Source: Longimicrobiales bacterium
GTDB lineage: Bacteria > Gemmatimonadota > Gemmatimonadetes > Longimicrobiales > Gaopeijiaceae
DNA length: 64,000 bases
Direction of reading: 5' to 3'
Assembly (NCBI GenBank): GCA_963664435.2
Contig: CAXXKM010000001.1
Coordinates: 64,001 to 128,000 of the forward strand
Below the pieces are notes generated by a model that worked only from the letters and a program-made list of their open reading frames with translations, searched no databases and was not told where the DNA came from. Both the position numbers and the translations under genes were made by a program. Positions 19,183-28,777 of this stretch are shown here, piece by piece. Each line of letters opens with the position of its first letter. The stretch's first letter is position 1.

Positions 19183-22055
19183 TAGCTCACCACCCTCCTC
19201 TTCGTCCGTGGCCCGTCCTTCTGCTGCAGGTAGGGGACCCCCTTGGTGATCCAGTCGGGCGCCGGTTCGCCCTTCAGGTAGTGGCCGAACCACTCGAGAA
19301 TGCGGTTCTGGTAGTCGAGCTGGTTGGGCTCCTCGGCCAGCCCGTGGTTCTCGCCCTCGTAGACCAGCAGCACCATGTGCTTCCCGGCCCGCCGCGCGGC
19401 GTTGTAGAACTCGACGCCCTGATTGAACTCGACCGCCCCGTCCTCCGTCCCGAACATCATCAGCAGTGGCGTGTCGAGGTTCTCGATGTGATGAACGGGC
19501 GAGTTGTTGAAGTAGGAGTCCCAGTCCTCCCACCAGGGCACCTGCATGCGTCCCTGGCTGATCTCGAAGATGCGCGCGTCCGTGCCCCCGCTGTTCCAGT
19601 AGAACGACAGGTACATGCTCATGAGGTTGGTGAGGGGCGCCCCCGCCACCGCGCTCGCGAACAGGTCGTCCTGGGTCACGAAGAAGGTGGTCTGGTAGCC
19701 GCCCCAGGAGTGCCCGATCAGGCCCACCCGCTCCGGGTCGACCAGCCCCGTCTCCAGCACCGCCGCCACCGCCGGGCGCAGCGTCTCCACGTTCGACTGC
19801 CCCGGCCGCCGGTCCCGGTATACGATGTCCGGGCGGAAGACGAAGTACCCCTCCTGGCTCCAGATCTGCTGGTTGTAGTAGCGGGTCGGGTCCGGCACCT
19901 GGTACTGGTGCAGCCCCTGGGACAGCAACTCGTAGTGATAGACGATCATCGGGTACTGCTGTCCCGGCTCGTAGCCCGCCGGGTAGGTCAGAGCTCCCTG
20001 CAGGCGCCGTCCCCACTCGTTCTCGTACTCGACCAGCTCGGTGCGACCCCACGCATGGTCGTCATGGAAGGGGTTGGTGCGCGTGACCTGGCTGGCGTCG
20101 CCCAGATCCGGGCCGGACGCGAAGTAGTCGGGCGAGTCGTCGAAGCGCTCGCGCCGGAAGACGAAGACGTCGTCGTCCCGGGCCTTCATGAGCGCGGCGC
20201 GGAAGGAGCCGTAGGAGGCGTCGTCCCATATCAGGGCCTCGGGGTCGGCGCCCGGGCGGGCGCGCGCGAAGCCGGCCTGCTTGGTCCACTCTCCATAGGT
20301 GGAATAGTAGATGGGCTCGTCGGGATCGAACGCCTCGGCCTCCGGGTCGGTCTGAACCGCCCGGTAGCGCAGTTCCTCCTCGGCCCCTTTCGTGAGGCGT
20401 CGGCCGCCCGAGCCGTCCGCCTGCACCTCCCAGACGTCCCAGCGGTCGTTGATCAGCATGGCCTGGTCGTCCTCCGTCCAGCCGGCCAGTCCGAACGCGG
20501 GCATCTGCTCACGGGTCGGGGTCAGGTCCAGGTTCACGAACGTTCCGCCCAGGTCGGCCGTGATGTTGCGCGTCTCCCCGCTGGAGAGGTCGTGGCTCCA
20601 CCAGTCCTCGCCCTCGAACCACACCGCGTAGCGGCCCTCCGGACTCCCCTGGACCGCCAGCGTGATCCGCTCGCGGACCAGCGACTCGGCGCCCGAGCCC
20701 GCGTCCACAGCGTAGAGGTCGTAGAACTGCTGGTTGAACATCGCGTCCACGTCGTAGGGGGTCTCGTCGCGGTTGAGGACGTGGCCCCCTCCCTCCAGCA
20801 GCGTGGTCTGGTCGGCATGTTCGCCGCCGAGCATCAGGAAGCGTCCGTCCTCCAGGTGCCACGCGCCGATGTGGTTGCGCGCCCGCAACTGGCGCTCCCG
20901 CACCCGCTGCTGCGGCACGGGATCCACGTCGAGCGAGTGCCAGATCTCGACGCCGGCGCGCTCCTCCTCGTCTTCGCCCGACCCGTCCCCCTCTCCTTCG
21001 CCTTCCGCGTCCTCGTCGTCACCCTCGGCATCGCCCTGCCCCTCATCGCCCTCCTCGGTCTCGCCCGCCCCGGCATCGCCCTCGGCCTCGTCATCCTCCG
21101 CCTCTCCTTCGTCCTCCGGCACAGGAATCCGGTCCTGATAGCCGAGGAAGAGGATGGAGCCGTCTTCGGACCAGGACGGCGCCCGGTGCTCGACCACGCG
21201 CTGCGCCGGCAGGAGCGCCGGCGAGGAACGCGGATCGAGGACCAGGGCGGTCCCATCGCCTTCATCCAGCTCCCGCCAGGCCAGGACGACATGCGCCGTA
21301 TCTTCGTACTCGTCCTGGGTGTAGGTCTTGAGCACGGCCAGGTCCGCCGCCTCCTCGCGCCAGGACAGTTCCCGGTACTCCGCGTCGTCGGTGTCCAGCG
21401 AGCGGATGCGGCCCGACACCGGATCGTAGAGGCGCACCCCGTTCCCGACACGGTCTTCGGCATCCACCGTCATCGCCAGCAGATGTCCCTCGTCCTGCCA
21501 CGCGAGCGCGGCGATGTTGCCGAAGCTGATCGAGGTCCCGGAGGCCAGATCGCGCACGATGGCGTCCGCGCCCGCGCTCTCCTGCTCCTCGGGCTCGTAG
21601 CGTCGCAGCGCCAGATGGCGCCCGTCTCCCGAGAAGGAAAACGACGAGACCTCCTCGATCGTCTCCTGCTCGCCCGTGCGCAGGTTCAGCAGGCCCATGT
21701 CGGTACGCACCGGCTCGCGCCGCTCCTGAAGCGCCTCCCGCTCGTCGGGAGAGATGCCGATGGCGTAACCCAGCCAGGCCACGTCCTCGCTGAACTGCGG
21801 GCTCCGGCCGAAGGGGACCACCACCACCGAGTCGGAATCGGTGCGGTGGATGCGCAGCTCGTCCTGGTCGTTGACCCGGCTGACGCCCACGGCCAGCCAC
21901 AGGCCGTCAGGGGAGAGGGCCGCCTGGCCCAGGGTTTCCCACTGGCCGTAGTCGTCGGCCGTGAGCGTGGGCTTCTGTTGCGCGGAGGCGTCCGGGGCCA
22001 GCACGGCGGCTGCGGCCGCGAGAAGGAGCAGGCGAAACGGGAATGTGGCGTTCAT
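19182..22055 (-). CDS. Secreted S9 (prolyl oligopeptidase family) peptidase
   Basis: Signal peptide, propeller repeats, GHSWGG nucleophile, EDGAV, GENHGL. Confidence 0.92.
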   Translation of the reverse strand: MNATFPFRLLLLAAAAAVLAPDASAQQKPTLTADDYGQWETLGQAALSPDGLWLAVGVSRVNDQDELRIHRTDSDSVVVVPFGRSPQFSEDVAWLGYAIGISPDEREALQERREPVRTDMGLLNLRTGEQETIEEVSSFSFSGDGRHLALRRYEPEEQESAGADAIVRDLASGTSISFGNIAALAWQDEGHLLAMTVDAEDRVGNGVRLYDPVSGRIRSLDTDDAEYRELSWREEAADLAVLKTYTQDEYEDTAHVVLAWRELDEGDGTALVLDPRSSPALLPAQRVVEHRAPSWSEDGSILFLGYQDRIPVPEDEGEAEDDEAEGDAGAGETEEGDEGQGDAEGDDEDAEGEGEGDGSGEDEEERAGVEIWHSLDVDPVPQQRVRERQLRARNHIGAWHLEDGRFLMLGGEHADQTTLLEGGGHVLNRDETPYDVDAMFNQQFYDLYAVDAGSGAESLVRERITLAVQGSPEGRYAVWFEGEDWWSHDLSSGETRNITADLGGTFVNLDLTPTREQMPAFGLAGWTEDDQAMLINDRWDVWEVQADGSGGRRLTKGAEEELRYRAVQTDPEAEAFDPDEPIYYSTYGEWTKQAGFARARPGADPEALIWDDASYGSFRAALMKARDDDVFVFRRERFDDSPDYFASGPDLGDASQVTRTNPFHDDHAWGRTELVEYENEWGRRLQGALTYPAGYEPGQQYPMIVYHYELLSQGLHQYQVPDPTRYYNQQIWSQEGYFVFRPDIVYRDRRPGQSNVETLRPAVAAVLETGLVDPERVGLIGHSWGGYQTTFFVTQDDLFASAVAGAPLTNLMSMYLSFYWNSGGTDARIFEISQGRMQVPWWEDWDSYFNNSPVHHIENLDTPLLMMFGTEDGAVEFNQGVEFYNAARRAGKHMVLLVYEGENHGLAEEPNQLDYQNRILEWFGHYLKGEPAPDWITKGVPYLQQKDGPRTKRRVVS

Positions 22056-22111
22056 GGTGTACTTCTCCTGGTGTCCTCCGCGCCCTTGGGCGGGAGATTA
22101 TCTACGCACGT

Positions 22112-23554
22112 TCAGGATACGGCGCCCCCCGAGAGCGCCTTGACCAGCCGGTACAGGAACTCCTGGCCCTCGAAGAAGCTCTCGACGCCGATGCGCTCGT
22201 CGCGGCCATGGGCACGCACGTCGTCCATATCCCCGAAGATGCCGCTCACCCCGTAGACCGGGATGCCGGCGTTGCGCAGGTAGAGCGCGTCGGTCGCGCC
22301 CGTCGACATGACCGGCAGCACCAGCACGCCGGGCCACATCTCGCCGGTGATGCGCTCGATCGGTCCCAGCACCTCGTCGGTCAGGGGAGAGGGCGGGCTC
22401 GGGGTGGGGGTTCCGCGCGGTTCGACCGTGACGTCGAAGGGGGCGGCCAGCTCGGACAGGGTCGCGTGCACGTCCGCGGGATCGTGTCCGGGGAAGATGC
22501 GGCAGTTGACGTTGGCGCGGGCCAGCTGGGGGAGCGCGTTCTGGGCGTGGCCTCCCTCGAGCAGGGTCGCGACGCAGGTGGTGCGCAGGCGCGAGTTGTA
22601 CCCGGTCTCGGCCGACAGTACGCGGGCGGCCTCGGCGTCCGCGGGATCGGCCAGCAGACGGCGCATCGCCTCGCCCATCTGGCCACCGACCAGACCCGCG
22701 GAGCGGCCGAAGAACTCCTCGGTGGTCTCGTTGAACATGACCGGGAAGTCGTGGTTCTGCACCGCGAGCAGCGCATTCGAGAGGTCGTAGATGGCGTTCT
22801 TGCGCACCGGCAGCGAGGAGTGCCCGCCCGGGTTGGTGGCGGTGAAGAAGAAGGAGAGGTAGAGCTTCTCCGCGGCCTGCACGTTGTTGGAGAGCCGCTG
22901 GCCGTTCTGCGACATCCCTCCGCCGCCCTCGTTCAGGGCATAGGCCGCGTCGATGAGCTCGCGATGCTCTGCCAGGAGATAGGCGACGCCGTTGCGCGGC
23001 CCGCCCTCCTCGTCCGCGGTGAGCGCCACGATGATGTCGCGGTCGGGGACGAAGCCCTCCTGCCTCATGCGGATGAGGTTCGCGGTGTAGATCGCCGCCT
23101 CGTCCTTGTCGTCCATGACGCCGCGGCCGTAGAAGTAGCCGTCGCGCTCGATGAACTCGAAAGGCGGGAGGTCGGGACTCCAGTCCTCGGGGAGGGCTTC
23201 GACGACATCGATGTGGGCGAGCAGGAGGATGGGCGCGAGCCCGGCGTCCCGACCCCTCAGGCGGGCCACGAGGTTGCCCTTGGTGGGGGCGTCGTCAGGA
23301 ACGAGGACATGGACATCCTCCTCGGGAAACCCCGCGTTCAGAAGGACGCGGGCCGCCGCCTGCGCCGCCAGAGTGTTGTCGCCGCGCTCGGTGTTGGTCG
23401 TGTTGATCTCGACCAGCTCCTCCAGGAGCGACCGGGCCATCTCCATGTATTCCGGCGGCGAGGTGTTCTGGGCGGCGACCGGAGCCGGAGCCCAGCACAT
23501 CGCGCCGAGGGCCGGCAGTGCAAGGGACGCGGCGATGAGGAGGGGATTCTTCAT
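22112..23554 (-). CDS. Secreted M20/M25/M40 family metallopeptidase
   Basis: LAHIDVV, GRGVMDDK, ADEEGG, NEGG, PGGHSS, AHGRDE. Confidence 0.92.
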   Translation of the reverse strand: MKNPLLIAASLALPALGAMCWAPAPVAAQNTSPPEYMEMARSLLEELVEINTTNTERGDNTLAAQAAARVLLNAGFPEEDVHVLVPDDAPTKGNLVARLRGRDAGLAPILLLAHIDVVEALPEDWSPDLPPFEFIERDGYFYGRGVMDDKDEAAIYTANLIRMRQEGFVPDRDIIVALTADEEGGPRNGVAYLLAEHRELIDAAYALNEGGGGMSQNGQRLSNNVQAAEKLYLSFFFTATNPGGHSSLPVRKNAIYDLSNALLAVQNHDFPVMFNETTEEFFGRSAGLVGGQMGEAMRRLLADPADAEAARVLSAETGYNSRLRTTCVATLLEGGHAQNALPQLARANVNCRIFPGHDPADVHATLSELAAPFDVTVEPRGTPTPSPPSPLTDEVLGPIERITGEMWPGVLVLPVMSTGATDALYLRNAGIPVYGVSGIFGDMDDVRAHGRDERIGVESFFEGQEFLYRLVKALSGGAVS

Positions 23555-23604
23555 GTCCGGGAGACTCGGTTTCGCAGGTCAGGGTTGCCGGGGATACGGG
23601 GTCC

Positions 23605-23746
23605 GGCGGGCCGGAATGCAACGGGTTGGCGGGCCGGGGATGCAAGGTTTGGCGGGCCGGGATGCTGAGGGTTGGAAGGCCAGGATGCAAGGTTTGGCGG
23701 GCCGGGATGCTGAGGGTTGGCGGGCCGGGATGCAGGGTTTGGAAGG
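23605..23746. repeat. Intergenic tandem array of six 22-23-bp units
   Basis: Consensus GGCGGGCCGGGATGC(AAGGTTT/TGAGGGTT); units start at 23605, 23628, 23651, 23674, 23696, 23719. Confidence 0.85.
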
Positions 23747-23942
23747 TGCCCGCGGGGACGGTGTCAGGCAAGCGGAAACGGCTGCGGGGCCGGGGGTGGA
23801 AACGGTCGATGGGCAGGATGTCCCCGGTGGGCAGCCGGACGCTGCCGAACCGGGCCGCGCGCGACGCCGCGGGCGGGGCGGCGGTGGAAGACGGGGCGGC
23901 CACCTGGAACAGCCGGACCGACCAGCCGGTAGGATCGCGCTA

Positions 23943-24224
23943 ATGAGAGATTTCGTCACCTTCATGATTACGATCTTCGTCGCCGGCTGGGGTTCGGCCG
24001 TGCTCTACACGGTGCTGCGCTTCTTCTGGAAGAGGCAGAACCAGGGCTCCCTGCCGCGCGGCGACGAGCGCATGCTTGCCGCGATGCGCGAAGAGTTGGA
24101 TTCGCTGGAGACCCGGCTCGCGCGGGTCGAGGACGAGACCCGTTTCGCGGCCGAGCTGCGCGCACCGCACGTCCCGGAGCGGCTGGATCCCGGAGAAGGG
24201 CGCGCACCACCCCCGGATAGTTGA
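23943..24224 (+). CDS. Small single-TM plus coiled-coil protein (PspB-like architecture)
   Basis: MRDFVTFMITIFVAGWGSAVLYTVLRFFW then MREELDSLETRLARVEDETRFAAEL. Confidence 0.7.
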   Translation: MRDFVTFMITIFVAGWGSAVLYTVLRFFWKRQNQGSLPRGDERMLAAMREELDSLETRLARVEDETRFAAELRAPHVPERLDPGEGRAPPPDS

Positions 24225-24285
24225 GCCGGGCGGCCCGTGCTCGTCGAGCGTCCAGGCGGAACCAAGGCGTGAAACGCTGGGTGGA

Positions 24286-24333
24286 CCCTCTTTTGTTGGC
24301 CAGTTAAGGCCGATTATGGCGAACAAAAGAGGG
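24286..24333. repeat. 17-bp inverted repeat (1 mismatch) between convergent genes
   Basis: CCCTCTTTTGTTGGCCA-N14-TGGCGAACAAAAGAGGG. Confidence 0.7.
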
Positions 24334-24354
24334 GGAGGCGAGGGGGAGGGATGA

Positions 24355-26234
24355 TCATCCTCCCGCCACCAGCCTCCGGTGCTCGAACCCGGCGCTCGTG
24401 TGGGCGACCAGCTCCAGCCGGCCTTCCAGCAGGTCGTGCATGAGCCGCGTGGTGAGGGGGATTGAGCGGGTGACCTCGGTGACGTCCGGCCCGGCCAGGC
24501 GGAGCACCACCACCCCGCCCCCATCCCCGTCGGCCGCCGGGATCCGCCGCAGGACCACCCCCAGCGCGTCCTCGGCTCGACCCCCGCCAGCGTGACCCGA
24601 TACGAGAGCGTGCCCGTCGGCAGATCCATCAGGAACGCCCCCTCCACGTCCCCCTGCGGCGGGTCGAGCGCGACCAGCACCGGATCCGGCGGGCGTCCCC
24701 GTTCGAGTGGCGGCGCCCGCAGCGGTGCCCGCCGCCTGGGGCCGGCCGCCTCGAGCGCGTAGGCGAAAGCGACCAGCCGGGCGTCGTCGAGCGCGCGGCC
24801 GAGCAGTTCCAGCCCCGCCGGCACCTCCGTCCCCGTGAACCCGGCCGGCACGGTGAGCGCCGGCAGCCCGGTGTTCGCGCTCAGCGAGCAGGTGGAGCCG
24901 ACCGGAGCCGACCCGATGAGCGCGGTCTCCTGGCGCATGGTCGGGTAGGCGAGCGCGTCCAACCCCATTTCGTCCATGAAGCCGACCACCGCCTCCCGCA
25001 GTGAACGCCGGCGGGCCATCGTCTCCTCGTACTCGTCCGTGGGCCGCTCGGTACGGGCGATGCGCCGCCGGAAGGTGCCGTCCAGCGCCTCGTGGTGAAG
25101 GCCGGCCTCCACGATCTCATCGAGCGTCGACACGGGGGCGCCCGGGACCCCGGCCAGGTAGTCCATCAGGTCGAACTTGAACTCCAGGTCGATCAGGCCG
25201 GTGTTGGCGAGCAGGCTGTCGAGGTCAGGGATGGTCACGTCCACCACGTCGGCCCCCAGCGAGTCCATCCCGGCCAGGGCGGCACGCACGACCTCCGTGA
25301 TCCGCCCCCCGCCCCCGCCTTCCTCCAGCCAGTCCGCCAGAACGCCGATGCGGGCGCCCTCCAGCGCGGACGGGTCCAGGGCCGCCTGGAAGTCCGGGAC
25401 GCCGCGACCCTCCAGCACCGCCGTGGCCGGGTCGGCCGCGTCGGGTCCGACCGTCGCGTCCAGCGCGGTCGCCAGGTCGGTGACGGTGCGCGCGAGCGGG
25501 CCGCCGGTGTCCTGCGAGTGCGAGAGCGGCAGGATGCCGTCGATGCTCGACAGCCCCTTGGTGGGCCGCAGCCCGAACAGGTTGTGCACCGCCGCCGGGA
25601 TGCGGATCGAGCCGCAGGTGTCGCTCCCCCACCCCACCGCCGCGAAGCTCGCGGCCACCGCCGCCCCCGTCCCCCCCGAGCTCCCGCCCGGGTTGCGCGC
25701 GGGCTCGTAGGCGTTGCGGCTCTGCCCGCCCAGCGAACTGATGGTGGTGATCCCGGCCGCGAGCTCGTGCAGGTTGGTCTTCCCCAGGATGACCGCGCCC
25801 GCCTCCCGCAGGCGCGCAACCTGGAAGGCGTCGTCGGGGGGCCGCAGCCCCGAGAGCGCCAGGCTCGACCCGGTGGTCGGCATCCCGGCCACGTCGTAGT
25901 TGTCCTTCATCAGCACCGGAATGCCGTGCAACGGCCCGCGCACCGTCCCTGCCGCCCGCTCGCGGTCGAGCGCGTCGGCCTCATCGCCCGCCCGCGGGTT
26001 CAGGCGCGTGATGGTGTTCAGCTCCGGCCCGGCGACATCGTACGCCGCGATGCGGTCGAGGTAGAGGTCGACCAGCTGGCGCGAGGTCACGCGCCCTTCC
26101 TCCAGCGCCCGCTGAAGATCGAGGATGGAGGCCTCCGCGACCTCGAATTCGGCATCCGCGCTTCCGCCGGCGACACATCCGGCGACGGCAAGCGCGACTA
26201 CGGCCGGAAGCAGGCTATGGAGATTCATGCGCAT
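24355..26234 (-). CDS. Amidase-signature family lipoprotein with a C-terminal accessory domain; 1-nt frameshift near 24574
   Basis: GPLHGIPVLMKDN, GKTNLHE, GGSSGG, GSDTCGSIRIP; C-terminus continues in the shifted frame (EDALGVVLRR...LVAGG stop at 24355). Confidence 0.85.
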
Positions 26235-26883
26235 GGGGTTTCCGCAGCAGCGCCCCCTTGCCGCCCACGCGAACGAACGGCAGATCGTGTCGGTCGATGA
26301 ATTCGCGGCAGGCCTGAAGGGCGCCGTCGCACCAGGCGGGCTCCACGCAGTCGTCCAGAACGACGCCGCCGCCGGGAACGATCCGGGGCCAGAGTGCCTC
26401 CAGCGTCACGGCCGTGGGCAGGTACAGGTCGACATCCAGAAACACCGCGGCGATCGGGCCGATTTCGTCCCAGTTCACCTTCGAGCAGTCGCCCTCGATA
26501 ATGCGGTAGTTGCTGTAGCCGAGACGGGCGAGGCTGTAGTTGAAAACGCGGGCGCTGCCATAGGAGTAGTCGGAGAGCTCCGCGGCGCGCTTGCGTCGGT
26601 TCTCGACTTCGTAGTCGATGCTCTCCCGGGTGAAACCGGCGAAGGTGTCCACGAGCACCAGGGTCCGCGGATCGCCGGTGGTTCTCAGGTGCTCCAGGAG
26701 AAAGACGGAAGTGTCTCCGCGCGCCACGCCGATCTCAACGATCGCCCCTTCGGTGCCCCGGGTAGCGTCGATCAGCCCGATCATCGCCGAGAGTTCGCCC
26801 GGGTCCACCCAGTAGCGGTACTCGGGCAGCATGGCGTTGCGTAGCCCCGGCAGCCGGTAGACGATGCGCTTGATCGTGGTCAT
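26215..26883 (-). CDS. TylF/MycF-like class I SAM-dependent O-methyltransferase
   Basis: IVEIGVARG, VDTFAGF, FLDVDLY, PGGGVVLDD. Confidence 0.82.
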   Translation of the reverse strand: MTTIKRIVYRLPGLRNAMLPEYRYWVDPGELSAMIGLIDATRGTEGAIVEIGVARGDTSVFLLEHLRTTGDPRTLVLVDTFAGFTRESIDYEVENRRKRAAELSDYSYGSARVFNYSLARLGYSNYRIIEGDCSKVNWDEIGPIAAVFLDVDLYLPTAVTLEALWPRIVPGGGVVLDDCVEPAWCDGALQACREFIDRHDLPFVRVGGKGALLRKPHAHESP

Positions 26884-27338
26884 GAGCCCGCGCGCCCGCC
26901 GGTTCAGCACGCGCACCAGGGAAATGGAGGCGCCGACGCCTGGACTCCGCGGCACGCGTGGCGCCGATGGGGTAGGAGAGGACGGCATGGTCCGGAACCT
27001 GGAGGTTGAAGGAGGCTCGCCCGCGCCGCGAAGATGCGCGCCTTCCATGATCACAGGAAATACGGGCCCGGAAAAGATGTAGCAGACCGGGAGGGCTCCC
27101 GCCCGCTCGCAACAGCTGCCATCCTGCACGGCCGCCAGCGCAGGCAGTTGCACGCTAGCGTCGTCCCGTGACTGGCGCGACCCCGCGGGTGGCGCCACGG
27201 GCGAGGCTGCAGCAGGCCGTGCTCTTGTCGCGGTCGGTTCTGCCGAAATCGGATCGCTTCGCTAGAATCATGGTGTTCCGCGTAGGCGCCATCGGCTGAC
27301 CGAAGCCGTTGGTCGTATCCCCCGACCCGACAACCGCC

Positions 27339-28775
27339 ATGGCCGACAGACCCGACAATCGCCACGAAGCCCAGCCGCCCGCCGCCCTCAACCGCCGCGA
27401 TTTCCTGAGAGCCGGCGCGCTCGGGGTGGCGGCCGGCGCCGCTGCCGGATGCACCGAGCCCGGAGCCGAAGCGGCCACTACGGGAGCCCGGACCTCGGCC
27501 CCGGCCACCGCCACCTCCCCGCAGGGCCTCCCCGCCCCCCCGCAGCAGCCCCTCGCCGCCCCTCCCCTCGACCCCGTGCGCATCGGGTTCGTCGGCGTGG
27601 GCGGGATGGGCACGGCGCACGTCGGCAACCTGGTCCGCATCGACGGCTGCGTGGTGAGCGCCGTCTGCGACATCCGCGCCGAACACGCCGAGCGGGCCGC
27701 CGCCCTCATCGAAGAGGCGGGACACCCCCGCCCCGCCCTCTACACGCGCGGCGAGCGCGACTTCGAGCGCCTGTGCGCCGAGGAGGACCTCGACCTGGTA
27801 TACACCGCGACGCCCTGGCGCTGGCACGTACCCGTCTGCGTCGCCGCCATGGAGAACGGCAAGCACGCCGCCACCGAAGTCCCCGCCGCCTACACCCTGG
27901 ACGACTGCTGGCAGCTGGTGGAGACCGCCGAGCGCACCGAACGCCACTGCGTGATGATGGAGAACGTCAACTACGGCCGCGCCGAACTCCTCTGCCTCAA
28001 CCTGGTCCGCCAGGGGCTGCTCGGAGAGATCCTGCACGCCGAGTGCGGCTACCTGCACGACCTGCGCGAGATCAAGTTCGCCGACGAAGGCGAGGGCCTG
28101 TGGCGGCGCGCGCACTCATGGACGCGCAACGGCAACCTCTACCCCACCCACGGCCTGGGCCCGGTCGCCAACTGCATGGACATCAACCGGGGCGACCGCT
28201 TCGCCTCCCTGGTCTCGATGAGCAGCCCGTCGCGCGGCCTGCAGGAGTGGGCGGCCCTCCACTACGGCGAAGGACACCCCAGGCGCGCCGAGACCTTCGC
28301 CCTGGGCGACGTCAACGCCAGCCTCATCCAGACCGCGCTGGGGCGCACCATCTACGTGGCGCACGACACCAACCTGCCCCGTCCCTACGACCGCATCAAC
28401 AAGGTCCAGGGCACGCGCGGCATCTTCCAGGGCTATCCGGACCGGGTCTACATCGAGGGCAGCAGTCCGTCGCATCGGTGGCAGGAGGCCGAGGCGTACT
28501 ACGGCGAGTTCGAGCATCCGCTCTGGAGCGCGTTGCGCGAAGCTTCCATCGGCGCCGGCCACGGCGGCATGGACTTCATGGAAGACTATCGGTTGATCGA
28601 GTGCCTGCGCCGAGGCGAGCCCACCGACATGAACGTCTATGACGCGGCTGCCCTGAGCGCCGTTTGCGAGCTCTCGGAGATCAGCGTCGCCCAGGGCAGC
28701 GCGCCGGTACCCTTCCCCGACTTCACACGAGGAAAATGGAGGGACTGGCAGCCATGGCCCATCGTCACGGCATAG
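27339..28775 (+). CDS. Tat-exported Gfo/Idh/MocA oxidoreductase, GH109 alpha-N-acetylgalactosaminidase type
   Basis: NRRDFL Tat motif, FVGVGGMG, ATPWRWH, MENVNY, YLHDLR, NLYPTHGLGP, GHGGMD, FPDFTRG. Confidence 0.88.
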   Translation: MADRPDNRHEAQPPAALNRRDFLRAGALGVAAGAAAGCTEPGAEAATTGARTSAPATATSPQGLPAPPQQPLAAPPLDPVRIGFVGVGGMGTAHVGNLVRIDGCVVSAVCDIRAEHAERAAALIEEAGHPRPALYTRGERDFERLCAEEDLDLVYTATPWRWHVPVCVAAMENGKHAATEVPAAYTLDDCWQLVETAERTERHCVMMENVNYGRAELLCLNLVRQGLLGEILHAECGYLHDLREIKFADEGEGLWRRAHSWTRNGNLYPTHGLGPVANCMDINRGDRFASLVSMSSPSRGLQEWAALHYGEGHPRRAETFALGDVNASLIQTALGRTIYVAHDTNLPRPYDRINKVQGTRGIFQGYPDRVYIEGSSPSHRWQEAEAYYGEFEHPLWSALREASIGAGHGGMDFMEDYRLIECLRRGEPTDMNVYDAAALSAVCELSEISVAQGSAPVPFPDFTRGKWRDWQPWPIVTA

Positions 28776-28777
28776 CC

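Noticed and set aside
23605..23746. Possible CRISPR array
   Set aside because: Contiguous units with no unique spacers and no cas genes.
23940..24354. Extended amidase C-terminus in the ORF track
   Set aside because: Product of the frameshift near 24574; runs antisense through a credible small gene.
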